Part shown: positions 8,426 to 18,700 of the stretch, piece after piece
Layout of the letters: every line of letters starts with the position of its first letter
How positions within the stretch are numbered: position 1 is the stretch's first letter
Assembly (NCBI GenBank): GCA_964630955.1
Contig: CAZVXA010000003.1
Coordinates: 13,664 to 77,663, forward strand
DNA from: an uncultured bacterium
Lineage (GTDB): Bacteria; Cyanobacteriota; Cyanobacteriia; Elainellales; Elainellaceae
Direction of reading: 5' to 3'
Length of the DNA stretch: 64,000 bases
Program-made: the position numbers and the translations under genes
Notes under the pieces: generated by a model
Told to the model about the DNA's origin: nothing
The model's database searches: none
What the model saw: only the letters and a program-made list of their open reading frames with translations

Positions 8426-11400
8426 TTACACTTCCTCCAGCGTAGCGAGTAGGGCTTCCACTTCGGCTTCTGAAAGCTGATCCAGATTGTCCAGTAAGTG
8501 TTGCGATCGCTCTGGTAACAGGCGGGTAATGGGTTGAATCCGGTCGGTTGGGGTGCTGTTCAGCGTAGTTTGCGATTCCAACCAGGTGACCTGTTCGGCG
8601 ATTGTTGGTTGGGCAAAAAAGGCTTGCACTGACAGTTCTATCTGCATCTGTTGGCGTAGTTGCCCGATCACTTGCAATGCTGTCAGGGAATTGCCACCCA
8701 GGTCAAAGAAATTGTCATGAATGCCCACTTGTTCAAGCTGCAAACTCTGCTGCCAGATAGTTGCAATCGCCTGTTCCATCTTCCCTTCCGGCGCGACAAA
8801 AGGCACTGTCGATGGACGCTGGAAGGTGGGCAGGGGCAGGGCACGCCGATCGACTTTGCCATTGGATGTGAGCGGGATAGAGTCCAGGGGCACATACACC
8901 TGGGGAATCATGTAAGCAGGGAGTTTCTGGGCTAAAAAGTCTTGTAGTTTTTGGCGGATCAGGGATTGGGGAGAGGGGTGAGTTTGGGGCAAGAGTGGCT
9001 GACGCTGCTGCATCCAGGCAGGAGCAATGCCACCACCGACTAAACCATGTAACCAAAGGTGATCTGGTTCCAGATCAAAGGCGGCTGCGATTGCTGCAAA
9101 GTCCAGATCGCCAATCGGACATAGCCCTAACTCAAACTGGGGAGCTGTTTCCATCAATAACTGACTCATATATCCCGCCTCTAACAGGCAGAAGTCCCGC
9201 GATCGTTCGCCATAAATTGGGGCAATGGCTGCCAGTTTTCCAATCAAAAACACGGTAAATCCGGCTTGCTCAAACAGGGGTTGATTTACACCAAAGGCAG
9301 TGCTGTCCAGGCTGGCACGACTCAATTGAATCAGTTCATGCTGCTGGGGATGGTAGTAGTAAATGCCTGCATCGAGTCCAGTGATGCGATCGGGCTGAAT
9401 GGCAAGATAAGTCTGAACCGGATACAAACTGCCTGCCGAGGCATAGCGATATTTAGGCAACGGAAAGGCATCGGTGCGGGCACCGAGTATTCCTAGCCAC
9501 TGGCTGAAGGTTTCCAGGGCGATCGCATCAGGTAAAAATTGGCGATAGCTCTGACGTTGCCAGTGCGGTTGGGTTTCGGGCAGGGCAGGGAGGGGAATCC
9601 GCGTCTGATCGGGGTTGGGCGTGCGCCAATTGTGGTGCTGCTGTTTAAGCTCTAGCTGCATCAGTGGATTCAGCGTTGATCCAGCCTGATGCATTAAGGC
9701 ATCGGCATGGGGCACAACGTAGGCGATCAATTGCGCCGAATTACTGTCTTGATTTACACTGACCACTGCCTGTTGAATGGCAGGATGCTGTTGCAGGGCA
9801 GCTTCAATTTCACCCAACTCAACCCGATACCCATTCAGCTTGACTTGAAAATCGGCTCGTCCCAAAAATTCAATCGTCCCATCGACGCCATATCGTCCCA
9901 GATCTCCCGTACGATACAAAAACTCGGATTGGGCAGCATGGTCAGCGGCGGGAACCAGGGCGGCGACAGTTTTCTCCGGATCGTTCCAATAGCCTGGAGT
10001 AACTCCCATCCCGCCAATGTATAACTCGCCCGTCACCCCAACCGGACAGGACTGTCGCGCCTCATTCAAGACATAGACTTGTTGGTTGGTCAGAGGCCGC
10101 CCATAGGGAATGCTGTTCCAGGTAGGATCAACGGATGCGATCGGGTAGGCAATTGACCAGATGGCTGCTTCTGTGGCTCCGCCTAAACTCACAAGTTGCA
10201 CCTGGGACAAGTGCTGTCTAACTCGGTCTGGCAGTGTTAAGGGAATCCAATCACCACTGAGTAAAGCAATTCTTAAGGAATCAAGATGATGACTATTGTG
10301 ATTCGATAGTTCAACTACATCTAGCAAAAGTTGAAATAAAGCTGGAACTGAATTCCAGAGAGTAATTTGATACTGCTGAATCAGCTCAAGCCAATGGGAT
10401 GAACTCAAGATTTGACTGCTATCAGGAATGACGATCGCACCTCCCGATGCCAATACTCCGAAGATGTCGTAGACGGATAAATCGAAGCTCAAGGAGGAAA
10501 GCGCCAAAACGCGATCGCGACTACGGATTTCAAATCGTTGGTTGATATCGAGAATGGTGTTCATCACGGCTCGATGGGTCATCATCACTCCTTTGGGTTG
10601 TCCAGTAGAACCGGAGGTGTAGATGACATAGGCAAGATCATCGGGCTGCTGGCATGGAGCAGGCATTGGGGGGAGAGCCGTCTCCCCTGGCTCTGGCATC
10701 CGATCAATGGCGATCGCTGTGGGTGGCAATGCGACGCGCTGATGAATCCAGGATTGGGTCAACACGATTCGGGCAGTCGTCGATTGCAGCAAAGCATCAA
10801 TTCGTTCCTGGGGTAAGTCGGGTGCGATCGGCACATAGGCTGCTCCCGCCGTAAGTATTGCTAATGTTGCCACGACCTGTTCCCACCCTTTCTCCATGAC
10901 GATCGCCACGAATTGATTGGGCTGAACACCCAGAGTGCCTAGCTGCTGGGCGAGGGCACTGACTTGCTGCCCCAATTGGGCGTAGCTAAACTGGCGATCG
11001 GGTGTAATGATGGCGATCGCGGTGGGTTGGTGCTGTACTTGTAGGAAGAAGGGCTGGTGTAGTAACCAATCAGCAGGTTCAGGTAAATTCCATGCATGGG
11101 CAGTGTCATTCAGCCTGGTCAACAACGCTACCTGATCCGCAGGGAGCAGTGGTAATTGCTGCATTTGCCACAGACCTGGATCGAGTGCTAATTGTTCTAA
11201 TAGCTGACAATAACTGGCAAACATGGCATCCAACATCCCGGCAGGGAACAGATCGTCGATCGCGTCCCAGTTCAACAGCAGTGCTCCCGCCACCTCGGAG
11301 ACCTGATGATCCAGATAGACCTGGGAGGTTTGGCTGAGGCTGTAGACGACTTCGGTGTACCAGGGGCGGTCACGGACTGGCGCGGGACTGGGCTGGGTGA

Positions 11401-14400
11401 GTGTGCTGGTAAAAACGACGGGCATGATCGCTTCGGTCAACCGCTGTTGGCGACGGGCGAGTTGTCGCAACACCTCAACCCCACTCACCAGGCGATGGTC
11501 TAAATCCTGCCAGAGTTGCGCCTGGAGTTGACGGGCATGGTCTGTAAAGCTCTGGACTGATCGCTGGTCAACTTCCAGTAAACTGGAGGCAGTAAAGTCT
11601 CCCACCAGGCGATCAACTTCGGGGTGCAGGGGTAAGCGATTAAACAGGGTGAGATTGAGGGTGAAGTGGGCGCACTGACTCCAGCGACTCAATACGGTTG
11701 CAAACGCCGTTAGTATCAGGGCAGAGGGAGTAATGCCGACCTGTGTTGTTCGTTGTTTCAATGTTGTCCAGGTGGCTGCATCCAACTGATAGCTACGGCG
11801 GGTAAATCGGGGGGTGGTCATCGCACTGAGGAACTGGGTCAGTGGTAGTTCAGGTGCAGGGGGTAAGGAATCGAGCCGCTGTTGCCAGTAGGTGCGCGAT
11901 CGCTCGTACAGGGGCGAGGATCGGAGGCTCTGCTCTGCCAGCACATAGTCGCGGAAGGTGAGTGTCAGGGGCGGCAAACTCGCCTGTGGGGATTGCAGCA
12001 GCAGCGCCAGTTCTTGTCCCAGCAGTTGAAAACTCCAGGCATCTCCCATCAACACATCAAAACTGACACAGAACCGGATGCGATCGTCCGTGAGTTGTAC
12101 TGCCCGCACGTCAAACAGGGGATACCGATCAGTGGGCAAAATCTGATGGGAAAGGCGATCGCGCACATCAGCTAATTGGCGTTCCACATCCTGAAGCGAT
12201 TGCCCGCGCAAATCCAGGATTGGCATGGAATAGGGGGCAACCTGGGCTAGAGTTTGTTGCTGTCCGTCGGGTTGAATGATGACCCGCAGCATCTCGTGGC
12301 GCTCAATGAGCCGCTGGAATGCCTGCTCCATCTGGGCAACGGTTAAGCCAATGGTTTCAATTTCGCGATAGCCGTGGGTGGAAACATTTCCCAGTTCAAA
12401 CGCCGCATTGCGTCCGAGTAAGTACGCCTGTTGGATATCGGTGAGGGGAAAGGGCTGATGGCGATCGCCAGGCTGGGGCTGAATTTGGGGTAGGGCAGGG
12501 GCGATTGTTACCGTTGGGTCAGTTGTCTGCAACAGGCGATCGATTTCTTTGCCTAACTGAGCAATCGTCGGAAATTGAAACAAGTAGCGCAGGGGAATTT
12601 CCACATCAAAGTGGAGACTGATTTGCGCTATGATTGTCATCCCCAATAGAGAGTGTCCACCTAACTCAAAAAAGTTGTGGTGAATGCTGAGGGATTCTGA
12701 TTGCAATGTCTGTTGCCAGATGTGGGCGATCGCTTTTTCTGTCTCAGTTTGTGGGGGAACCAATGGTTGGTTGGTCGATGCTATGGGGTGATTGAGGGCT
12801 GATAACGCCCGCCGATCAATTTTGCCGTTGGCAGTCAGCGGAAATACATCCAGGCTCATCCACTGACTGGGAATCATATAAGCCGGTAAGCGATCACTCA
12901 GCCATTGCTGCATGGTGATCAGATTCACTGTTGATGGAGTCAGATAAGCAATGAGTTGGGGCTGATCATTGATAGGGTGAACCAGGACGATCGCTTGCTC
13001 AATCTCTGGATGTTGACTGAGAACAGACTCAATTTCGCCTAATTCAATGCGATAACCACGCAACTTAATCTGATGATCACTCCGCCCCAAAAACTCCAGC
13101 CTGCCATCCTTGCGCCAACGAACGCGATCGCCAGTTTTGTAAAGTGGGGAGTGGGGAGTGGGGAGTGGAGGGTGGGGCAGGGAAATGAAGCGATCAACCG
13201 TCAGGTCGGGGCGATGCCAGTACCCCTGAGCAAGACCCGCTCCACCGAGATAGAGTTCGCCAGGAACGCCGATGGGGACGGGTTGCTGGTGGTCATCCAG
13301 GACGTAAACCTGCGTGTTGGCAATTGGGCGACCAATGCTGGGGGGGTGGGGATCGTCGGGCTGGAGTTGGGCGTAGGTGGAATAGGTGGTTGCTTCTGAC
13401 GGTCCATACAGATTGAAAATTTGAGGTCGTTGGCGGAGCTGATGCAGTTGACGCACCAGGCGATCGCTGAGGGGTTCCCCTGCCAGGTTAATCGTGTTGA
13501 CGCTGGCGGGAATTCCCTTATGGTGCAGCAAATGGGCGATCGCGCTGGGCACAGTATTGATCAATGTCACCTGGTCGGCGGCAGGTAAATTGGGCAACGC
13601 CAGGGCATTTTCTGCCAAAATCACCTTGCCCCCCCAACTGAGTGGTACAAATAGCTCAAAGACCGATAGATCAAAACAGATGGAGGTGGAGGCTAATACC
13701 CCGGCGATCGCGTCTGCGGCAAAGGTATCCCGTGCCCAATGCAGCAAACTAACTGTGCTGCCATGGCGAATCATGACTCCTTTAGGCGTTCCGGTTGAAC
13801 CCGATGTGTAAATCAGGTAAGCCAGAGAATCGGGCGTAACGCTGGCGGTGGGATTGCTGGTGGGAAATGGGGCGAAAAGGGTTGGATCATCCAGAGTGAC
13901 AAGGGTTACCGATGAGTGGGTTAGAGCCTTGCAACTCTCTGTCTGGGTCAGAACGATTGGTACGTCCGCATCTGCTAAAATCCATTGCAACCGGGTGGTG
14001 GGATAGGTGGGATCAAGGGGAACGTAGGCAGCTCCAACTTTGAGAATTGCCAGTAAGGCGATCGCAATCATGGGTGTGCGATCGAGACAGACCCCGATGG
14101 TGGTCTGGGGTTGCACACCCAGGGATTGCAGATAGTGTGCCAGTTGATTGGCTTGCGTGTTTAAATCCTGGTAGGTGAAAACCTCCTGTCCTGCGACCAG
14201 GGCGATCGCGGTCGGAGTCCGCTCTACCTGCGCTTCAATTAACTGGTGAATGCAACGATCGGTTGGATAGAAGTGTTGCGTTTGATTCCACTGATCGAGT
14301 TGCTGGATTTCTGCTTGGGACAGGAGGGGTAACTCGCAAAGAGGTTGCTGCGGGTTTGTCACGATCGCTGCGAGTAGGGTTTGCCAGTGGGTTGCCATCT

Positions 14401-15784
14401 GGGCGATCGTCCTCTCATCAAATAAATCACGACTATATTCAAACTGTCCACAAATCCCGTCTGGCGTGTCGTGCAGGTTCAGGCGCAGTTCATATTTGAC
14501 GGTCAACTCCTCCACGGGTAAGCGCTCAATCTCCAACCCTGCCAGGGTAAAGGGCTGCACGGGAGCCAATTGTAAGTCAAATTTCACCTGAAACAGGGGA
14601 CTCATCTGGCTCAAGTCGCGATCGGGGTTGACCAACTCCACCACCTGTTCAAAAGGCAACTGCTGATGGGCATAGGCCGCCAGGGTCACTTCCTGCACTC
14701 GCTCCAACAGGATTGCAAAACTGTCCTGCCCGGATAGGCGCGTCCGTAACACCAACGTATTCACCAATAGCCCAATCAAGCCTTCTGTTTCCCGGCGATC
14801 GCGATTGGCAATGTCACTCCCAATGATCAGGTCGTCCTGCCCCGTGTAGCGATAAAGCAGGGTTTGAAAACTGGCAAGCAGCAGCATAAACAGCGTGGCT
14901 CCTGACCGGGCTGCCAGGTGTTTCAATTGGGTTGAGAGGGATGGGGACAAGGCGACGGGATAATGGTTCCCCTGATAGCTAGGAATCGCAGGACGCGGGC
15001 GATCGCTGGGGAGTTTCAACACGGGTAACTCACCGCTCAACTGCTGTCGCCAGTAGGTCTGTTGTGCCAGCAGCGATGCCCCCTGGAGTTGTTGCCGCTG
15101 CCAGATTGCCCAATCCCCGTATTGAATGGGTAACTCGTCCAGCGGTACGAGTTGGTTCTGGGTGATTGCCTGATAGCTGAGGGACATTTCCCGCAAAAAG
15201 ACCCCCACCGACCAGCGATCGCTGATGATGTGGTGGGTGGTTAACACCAGGATGTGGTCGGTTTTATCCAACCGCAACAGGGTCGAGCGCAGCAGAGGTT
15301 GGCGCAGGTCAAAGGGGCGATCAATCAGTGCTTGAATGATCGTTTGAATCTGGACATCGCGATCGCCTGACTCAGTTGGGAGATCTGGCAAATCAACGAT
15401 CGACAAGGGCTGAAACGATGGCGCTGCCACTACCTGAACGGGTTGCTGGTGGTCGTCCATTGTAAAGGTGGTGCGGAGGGATTCGTGCCGTTGAATCACG
15501 CTATTCAGTGCCTGTTCCAGTGCGGTGATCAGCAAGTTCCCCCGCAGGCGCAGGGCAAAGGGAACGTGATACACCGTACTACTGGAATCAAGCTGATGAA
15601 TAAACCACAATCGGTGTTGGGCAAAGGACAGTGGCACCGACCCCTGGGGCGATCGCCGAGGAATGACCAGTGGTTGGGATAGGCTGATTCCCCGCTGTTG
15701 CAAGCGACGCTCAAACAGGGCGCGTTGTTCAGGTGAGAGGGTAGCAAGTTGCTGATACAGGTCACTCATAACTTCGGGGATCAC
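8426..15784 (-). CDS. NRPS, two modules: C-A(Cys)-T-Cy-A(Cys, with embedded FMN oxidase)-T; predicted thiazole-forming
   Basis: 2452-aa ORF. Motifs in order: C (VPLSFAQHRLWFIHQL; HHIISDRWS), A (code DLFNNALTYK = Cys), T (FFELGGHSLLG), Cy (FPLTDIQQAYLLGR; DVLMGD at about 12041-12058), A (code DLYNLSLIWK = Cys). A nitroreductase-like oxidase insertion follows (YRYASAGSLYPVQTY ... CLLEAGYMSQLL, about 9020-9652), then T (FFDLGGNSLTA). The track start is a GTG that overlaps the upstream stop by 23 nt. The ATG that opens MSDLYQQL, 15 nt downstream, is a plausible real start. Confidence 0.95.
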   Translation of the reverse strand: MIPEVMSDLYQQLATLSPEQRALFERRLQQRGISLSQPLVIPRRSPQGSVPLSFAQHRLWFIHQLDSSSTVYHVPFALRLRGNLLITALEQALNSVIQRHESLRTTFTMDDHQQPVQVVAAPSFQPLSIVDLPDLPTESGDRDVQIQTIIQALIDRPFDLRQPLLRSTLLRLDKTDHILVLTTHHIISDRWSVGVFLREMSLSYQAITQNQLVPLDELPIQYGDWAIWQRQQLQGASLLAQQTYWRQQLSGELPVLKLPSDRPRPAIPSYQGNHYPVALSPSLSTQLKHLAARSGATLFMLLLASFQTLLYRYTGQDDLIIGSDIANRDRRETEGLIGLLVNTLVLRTRLSGQDSFAILLERVQEVTLAAYAHQQLPFEQVVELVNPDRDLSQMSPLFQVKFDLQLAPVQPFTLAGLEIERLPVEELTVKYELRLNLHDTPDGICGQFEYSRDLFDERTIAQMATHWQTLLAAIVTNPQQPLCELPLLSQAEIQQLDQWNQTQHFYPTDRCIHQLIEAQVERTPTAIALVAGQEVFTYQDLNTQANQLAHYLQSLGVQPQTTIGVCLDRTPMIAIALLAILKVGAAYVPLDPTYPTTRLQWILADADVPIVLTQTESCKALTHSSVTLVTLDDPTLFAPFPTSNPTASVTPDSLAYLIYTSGSTGTPKGVMIRHGSTVSLLHWARDTFAADAIAGVLASTSICFDLSVFELFVPLSWGGKVILAENALALPNLPAADQVTLINTVPSAIAHLLHHKGIPASVNTINLAGEPLSDRLVRQLHQLRQRPQIFNLYGPSEATTYSTYAQLQPDDPHPPSIGRPIANTQVYVLDDHQQPVPIGVPGELYLGGAGLAQGYWHRPDLTVDRFISLPHPPLPTPHSPLYKTGDRVRWRKDGRLEFLGRSDHQIKLRGYRIELGEIESVLSQHPEIEQAIVLVHPINDQPQLIAYLTPSTVNLITMQQWLSDRLPAYMIPSQWMSLDVFPLTANGKIDRRALSALNHPIASTNQPLVPPQTETEKAIAHIWQQTLQSESLSIHHNFFELGGHSLLGMTIIAQISLHFDVEIPLRYLFQFPTIAQLGKEIDRLLQTTDPTVTIAPALPQIQPQPGDRHQPFPLTDIQQAYLLGRNAAFELGNVSTHGYREIETIGLTVAQMEQAFQRLIERHEMLRVIIQPDGQQQTLAQVAPYSMPILDLRGQSLQDVERQLADVRDRLSHQILPTDRYPLFDVRAVQLTDDRIRFCVSFDVLMGDAWSFQLLGQELALLLQSPQASLPPLTLTFRDYVLAEQSLRSSPLYERSRTYWQQRLDSLPPAPELPLTQFLSAMTTPRFTRRSYQLDAATWTTLKQRTTQVGITPSALILTAFATVLSRWSQCAHFTLNLTLFNRLPLHPEVDRLVGDFTASSLLEVDQRSVQSFTDHARQLQAQLWQDLDHRLVSGVEVLRQLARRQQRLTEAIMPVVFTSTLTQPSPAPVRDRPWYTEVVYSLSQTSQVYLDHQVSEVAGALLLNWDAIDDLFPAGMLDAMFASYCQLLEQLALDPGLWQMQQLPLLPADQVALLTRLNDTAHAWNLPEPADWLLHQPFFLQVQHQPTAIAIITPDRQFSYAQLGQQVSALAQQLGTLGVQPNQFVAIVMEKGWEQVVATLAILTAGAAYVPIAPDLPQERIDALLQSTTARIVLTQSWIHQRVALPPTAIAIDRMPEPGETALPPMPAPCQQPDDLAYVIYTSGSTGQPKGVMMTHRAVMNTILDINQRFEIRSRDRVLALSSLSFDLSVYDIFGVLASGGAIVIPDSSQILSSSHWLELIQQYQITLWNSVPALFQLLLDVVELSNHNSHHLDSLRIALLSGDWIPLTLPDRVRQHLSQVQLVSLGGATEAAIWSIAYPIASVDPTWNSIPYGRPLTNQQVYVLNEARQSCPVGVTGELYIGGMGVTPGYWNDPEKTVAALVPAADHAAQSEFLYRTGDLGRYGVDGTIEFLGRADFQVKLNGYRVELGEIEAALQQHPAIQQAVVSVNQDSNSAQLIAYVVPHADALMHQAGSTLNPLMQLELKQQHHNWRTPNPDQTRIPLPALPETQPHWQRQSYRQFLPDAIALETFSQWLGILGARTDAFPLPKYRYASAGSLYPVQTYLAIQPDRITGLDAGIYYYHPQQHELIQLSRASLDSTAFGVNQPLFEQAGFTVFLIGKLAAIAPIYGERSRDFCLLEAGYMSQLLMETAPQFELGLCPIGDLDFAAIAAAFDLEPDHLWLHGLVGGGIAPAWMQQRQPLLPQTHPSPQSLIRQKLQDFLAQKLPAYMIPQVYVPLDSIPLTSNGKVDRRALPLPTFQRPSTVPFVAPEGKMEQAIATIWQQSLQLEQVGIHDNFFDLGGNSLTALQVIGQLRQQMQIELSVQAFFAQPTIAEQVTWLESQTTLNSTPTDRIQPITRLLPERSQHLLDNLDQLSEAEVEALLATLEEV
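13144..13178. repeat. Heptamer tandem array GTGGGGA-type x5, in-frame, in the A6-A7 loop
   Basis: gtgggga gtgggga gtgggga gtggagg gtggggc, translated as PHPPLPTPHSPL before YKTGD. Confidence 0.9.
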
Positions 15785-18700
15785 TCAGTTTCATAGCTTG
15801 ACGTTGCACTTCTTCTGGCGATAATTCTTGAATTTCTGCTAACACATCTGCCATCACCGTTAATTCCTCCGATGTTGGGAGGGATGCCACCACGATCGCG
15901 GCAACTCCTTTCACGGTTGGGGTTTCCAGCAAGTCTCGCAGGGGTAGCTCGACGGCAAAGCGATCGCGTAATCGAGAAATGGCTTGAACGGCGAGGAGAG
16001 AGTGTCCCCCCAATTCAAAAAAGCTATCGTCTATTCCGATCGCTTCCACACCAAGCAGGGTTTGCCAGATTTCCGCGATCGCCTGTTCAATCTGAGTTTG
16101 AGGGGCAACGTAAGTGGTGGAGAGGGTAGGGCGGGGATGCACACTGGTGACGACTCCAACCTGATTCCCCGAAGTCAGAGGGCGCGTGACCCAGCGTTCC
16201 AGGCGATCGCTCAGTGCGCCTTTCGAGACGACAATCTGGGGTGTGGGATGGGCGAGAATACGGCGAGTTGCCTCGTCAATTTCAGCCGTGGTCAGCGCCA
16301 GAGTTGCCAGCTCTGCCCCAAAGGTTGTGTTGGAGTCTGGCGTTTCTGCGTTTGTGCCATCGCGCCAGGCATCCCAATTGACGCTGATCCAGGGAACACC
16401 CGTGGTTTGTGATTGGTGCAGGGCAACCGCATCGATCGCAGCATTGGCAGCGGCGTAAGCGCCTAAACCCAATCCTCCCAACACACTCGATAGCGAGGAC
16501 TGTACCAGGCAAAAATCAAGCGATTGATTCTGTAACACCTCTGCCAAAACCAGTATGCTCTGGAGTTTGGTTTGCCAGGTGGCTTCACAGGTACTTTGAC
16601 TCAACTGGGGAATCAAAGTCGCCAGTTGTTCACTCATGGGGGTGGCATAAAAAATGCCGTGCAGGTTGCTGGTGTGGGTTAATTCGGCGATCGCTGCAGA
16701 GACAGCAGCTTGATCGTTCAAATCCAGGCATTGATATTTCAGGGTGGCGGGATGAACTTGGGCGATTTCTGGGGGTAAGGGGTCAGGACTGAGTACCCAA
16801 CAGGTTGTGGTCGTGCGGGTAAGGAGTTTGATCCAGACGGGGCCTAAGCCACTGGTTAAATCCCCCATGACGAGATAGCAACCGCGATCGCGCAGGGAAA
16901 TGGCTTCCGGTAGGGGCAGCGACTGGGATTGAAAACTGGGTTGCCAGAGGTAATGTCCCCGACAGGCAGCGATCGGGTTGGGGTGCGGTGTCAGTAGATG
17001 GGTGAGTAGAACTCTAGATAGAGTTGGTACCGCCGCATTTGAGTTTGGCAAATCCAGATCCAGACAGCGGCAGGTAAGGGTGTTCACCTCCTGGTTAATG
17101 ACTTTTGCCAACCCTAAAATGGTGGCTTTGAGGGGGATCAGAGGTTCCGTACCTAGCACGCTCTGAGTGTGGTTTGCCACGATCATGATTTGCATCGGCG
17201 TGGTGATTTTGTTTGCCAGAATTGCCTGACTCAGATGCAATAAGCTATAAAAACCGCTGAGGGGATTGGGGTCAGAGGGGGTTGGAGTCAGCGTCCAGCC
17301 ATGCACAATCTGGGTGGGGACTAACTCCCTCAATTGCAAATCTTCCAGCAGTTCTACCCAGTCCTGAAGGTGTTCTGGATGGGCGGTAAACGTCCGGTAG
17401 CCCGTTTGGTCGAAACGATCGCCCGGACGCACCGTGATCACGTCCTGCCCTGCGGCTTGTAAGGTCTGCGCCAGGTGATCACCGAGTCCCACAGGGTCCA
17501 GCAAAATTAGCCAGCAGTGGTGCTCTAAAGGGGGGGCGGTTGGATCAAGCCGTTGGGGAATGCGTTCCCAGCATGGCAGGTAAAACCAATCGCTCGACGG
17601 AGGAATCGCCGAGTGGGGGAGTGGGCGAGAGGCGGGCGATCGCGGTCCAGCTTGTCGATCAATCCAGTACCGCTGCCGCTCAAAAGGATAAGTGGGTAAG
17701 GGGAGACGTTGTCGAGAGGCGGGATCAAATCGTTGTTGCCAGGGAATGGAAATGCCCTGTTGCCAGAGTTGCCCCAGGGCGGCTTGAACCATTGCCTGAT
17801 CCGATGATTCCTGGCGGGGATGACGCAGGCAAGACACCACAAGGCGATCCGGAAACTGTTGTTTCACGAGAGTATTGAGGGTGTTTCCGGCTCCCACTTC
17901 TAGCCCGATCCAGTCACCTGCTGGCGGCATCACTGTCGCAATGCCCTCTGCAAACCGGACTGGATGACGCAGATGGGCAATCCAATAGTTCGGATTGGTT
18001 GCCTGGTCTGCTGTCAGCCAGGTACCCGTCAGGTTCGACACAATCGGGAGTTTGGGCGGTTGCAATGCCACCTGCTGCAAGGCTTCCCGGAATGGAGAAA
18101 GCACAGGTTCCATCAGGTGAGAATGAAACGCATGGGAAGTGGGCAACCGCCGACAGGCAATACCGCGCTGTATCCATGTGGCTTCCAGGTGGGCAATCGC
18201 GTTCTCCAAACCGGACACAACACACAACTGTGGCGCATTCCTTGCTGCCAAACTGACGGCGTGAGTCACTGCAAATTGTTCTAAATCTGCCATCACCTCT
18301 GCTTCAGTTAAGGCAACAGACAACATCACACCGGGACTACAGGTTTGCATGAGTTGCGATCGCGTGACGACTAAGGATAAACCGGCTTCAAACGTCCAGA
18401 CTCCGGCAAGGGTCGCTGTTACGTATTCACCAATGCTGTGACCCATCAGGGCATCCGGTTGCACGCCCCAGGAAAGCCAGAGTTGCGCCAGAGCATATTC
18501 CACGAGGAAAAGGGCAGGTTGAGCGTACTGAGTTTGATGAATCGAGGACAGATCCTTTGCCCCACGGGGATAGAGGAGCGATCGCAAATCGATCCCAATC
18601 TGAGCTTGAATCTGGTCACAACCGCGATCGATAATGGCGCAAAAGGTGGGTTCTGTCTCGTACAATTCCCGTCCCATGTCAACATACTGGCTCCCCTGTC

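Noticed and set aside
15715-15784. The 23-nt overlap between PKS4 and the downstream NRPS, considered as a possible frameshift, together with a 1-nt mismatch between my hand indexing of the printed sequence and the ORF-track coordinates in this stretch
   Set aside because: Both ORFs are intact in the track, and an ATG 15 nt downstream removes the overlap. The 1-nt mismatch is most likely my own reading error. I therefore give hand-derived motif and repeat coordinates as +/-2 nt and do not claim a sequence anomaly.
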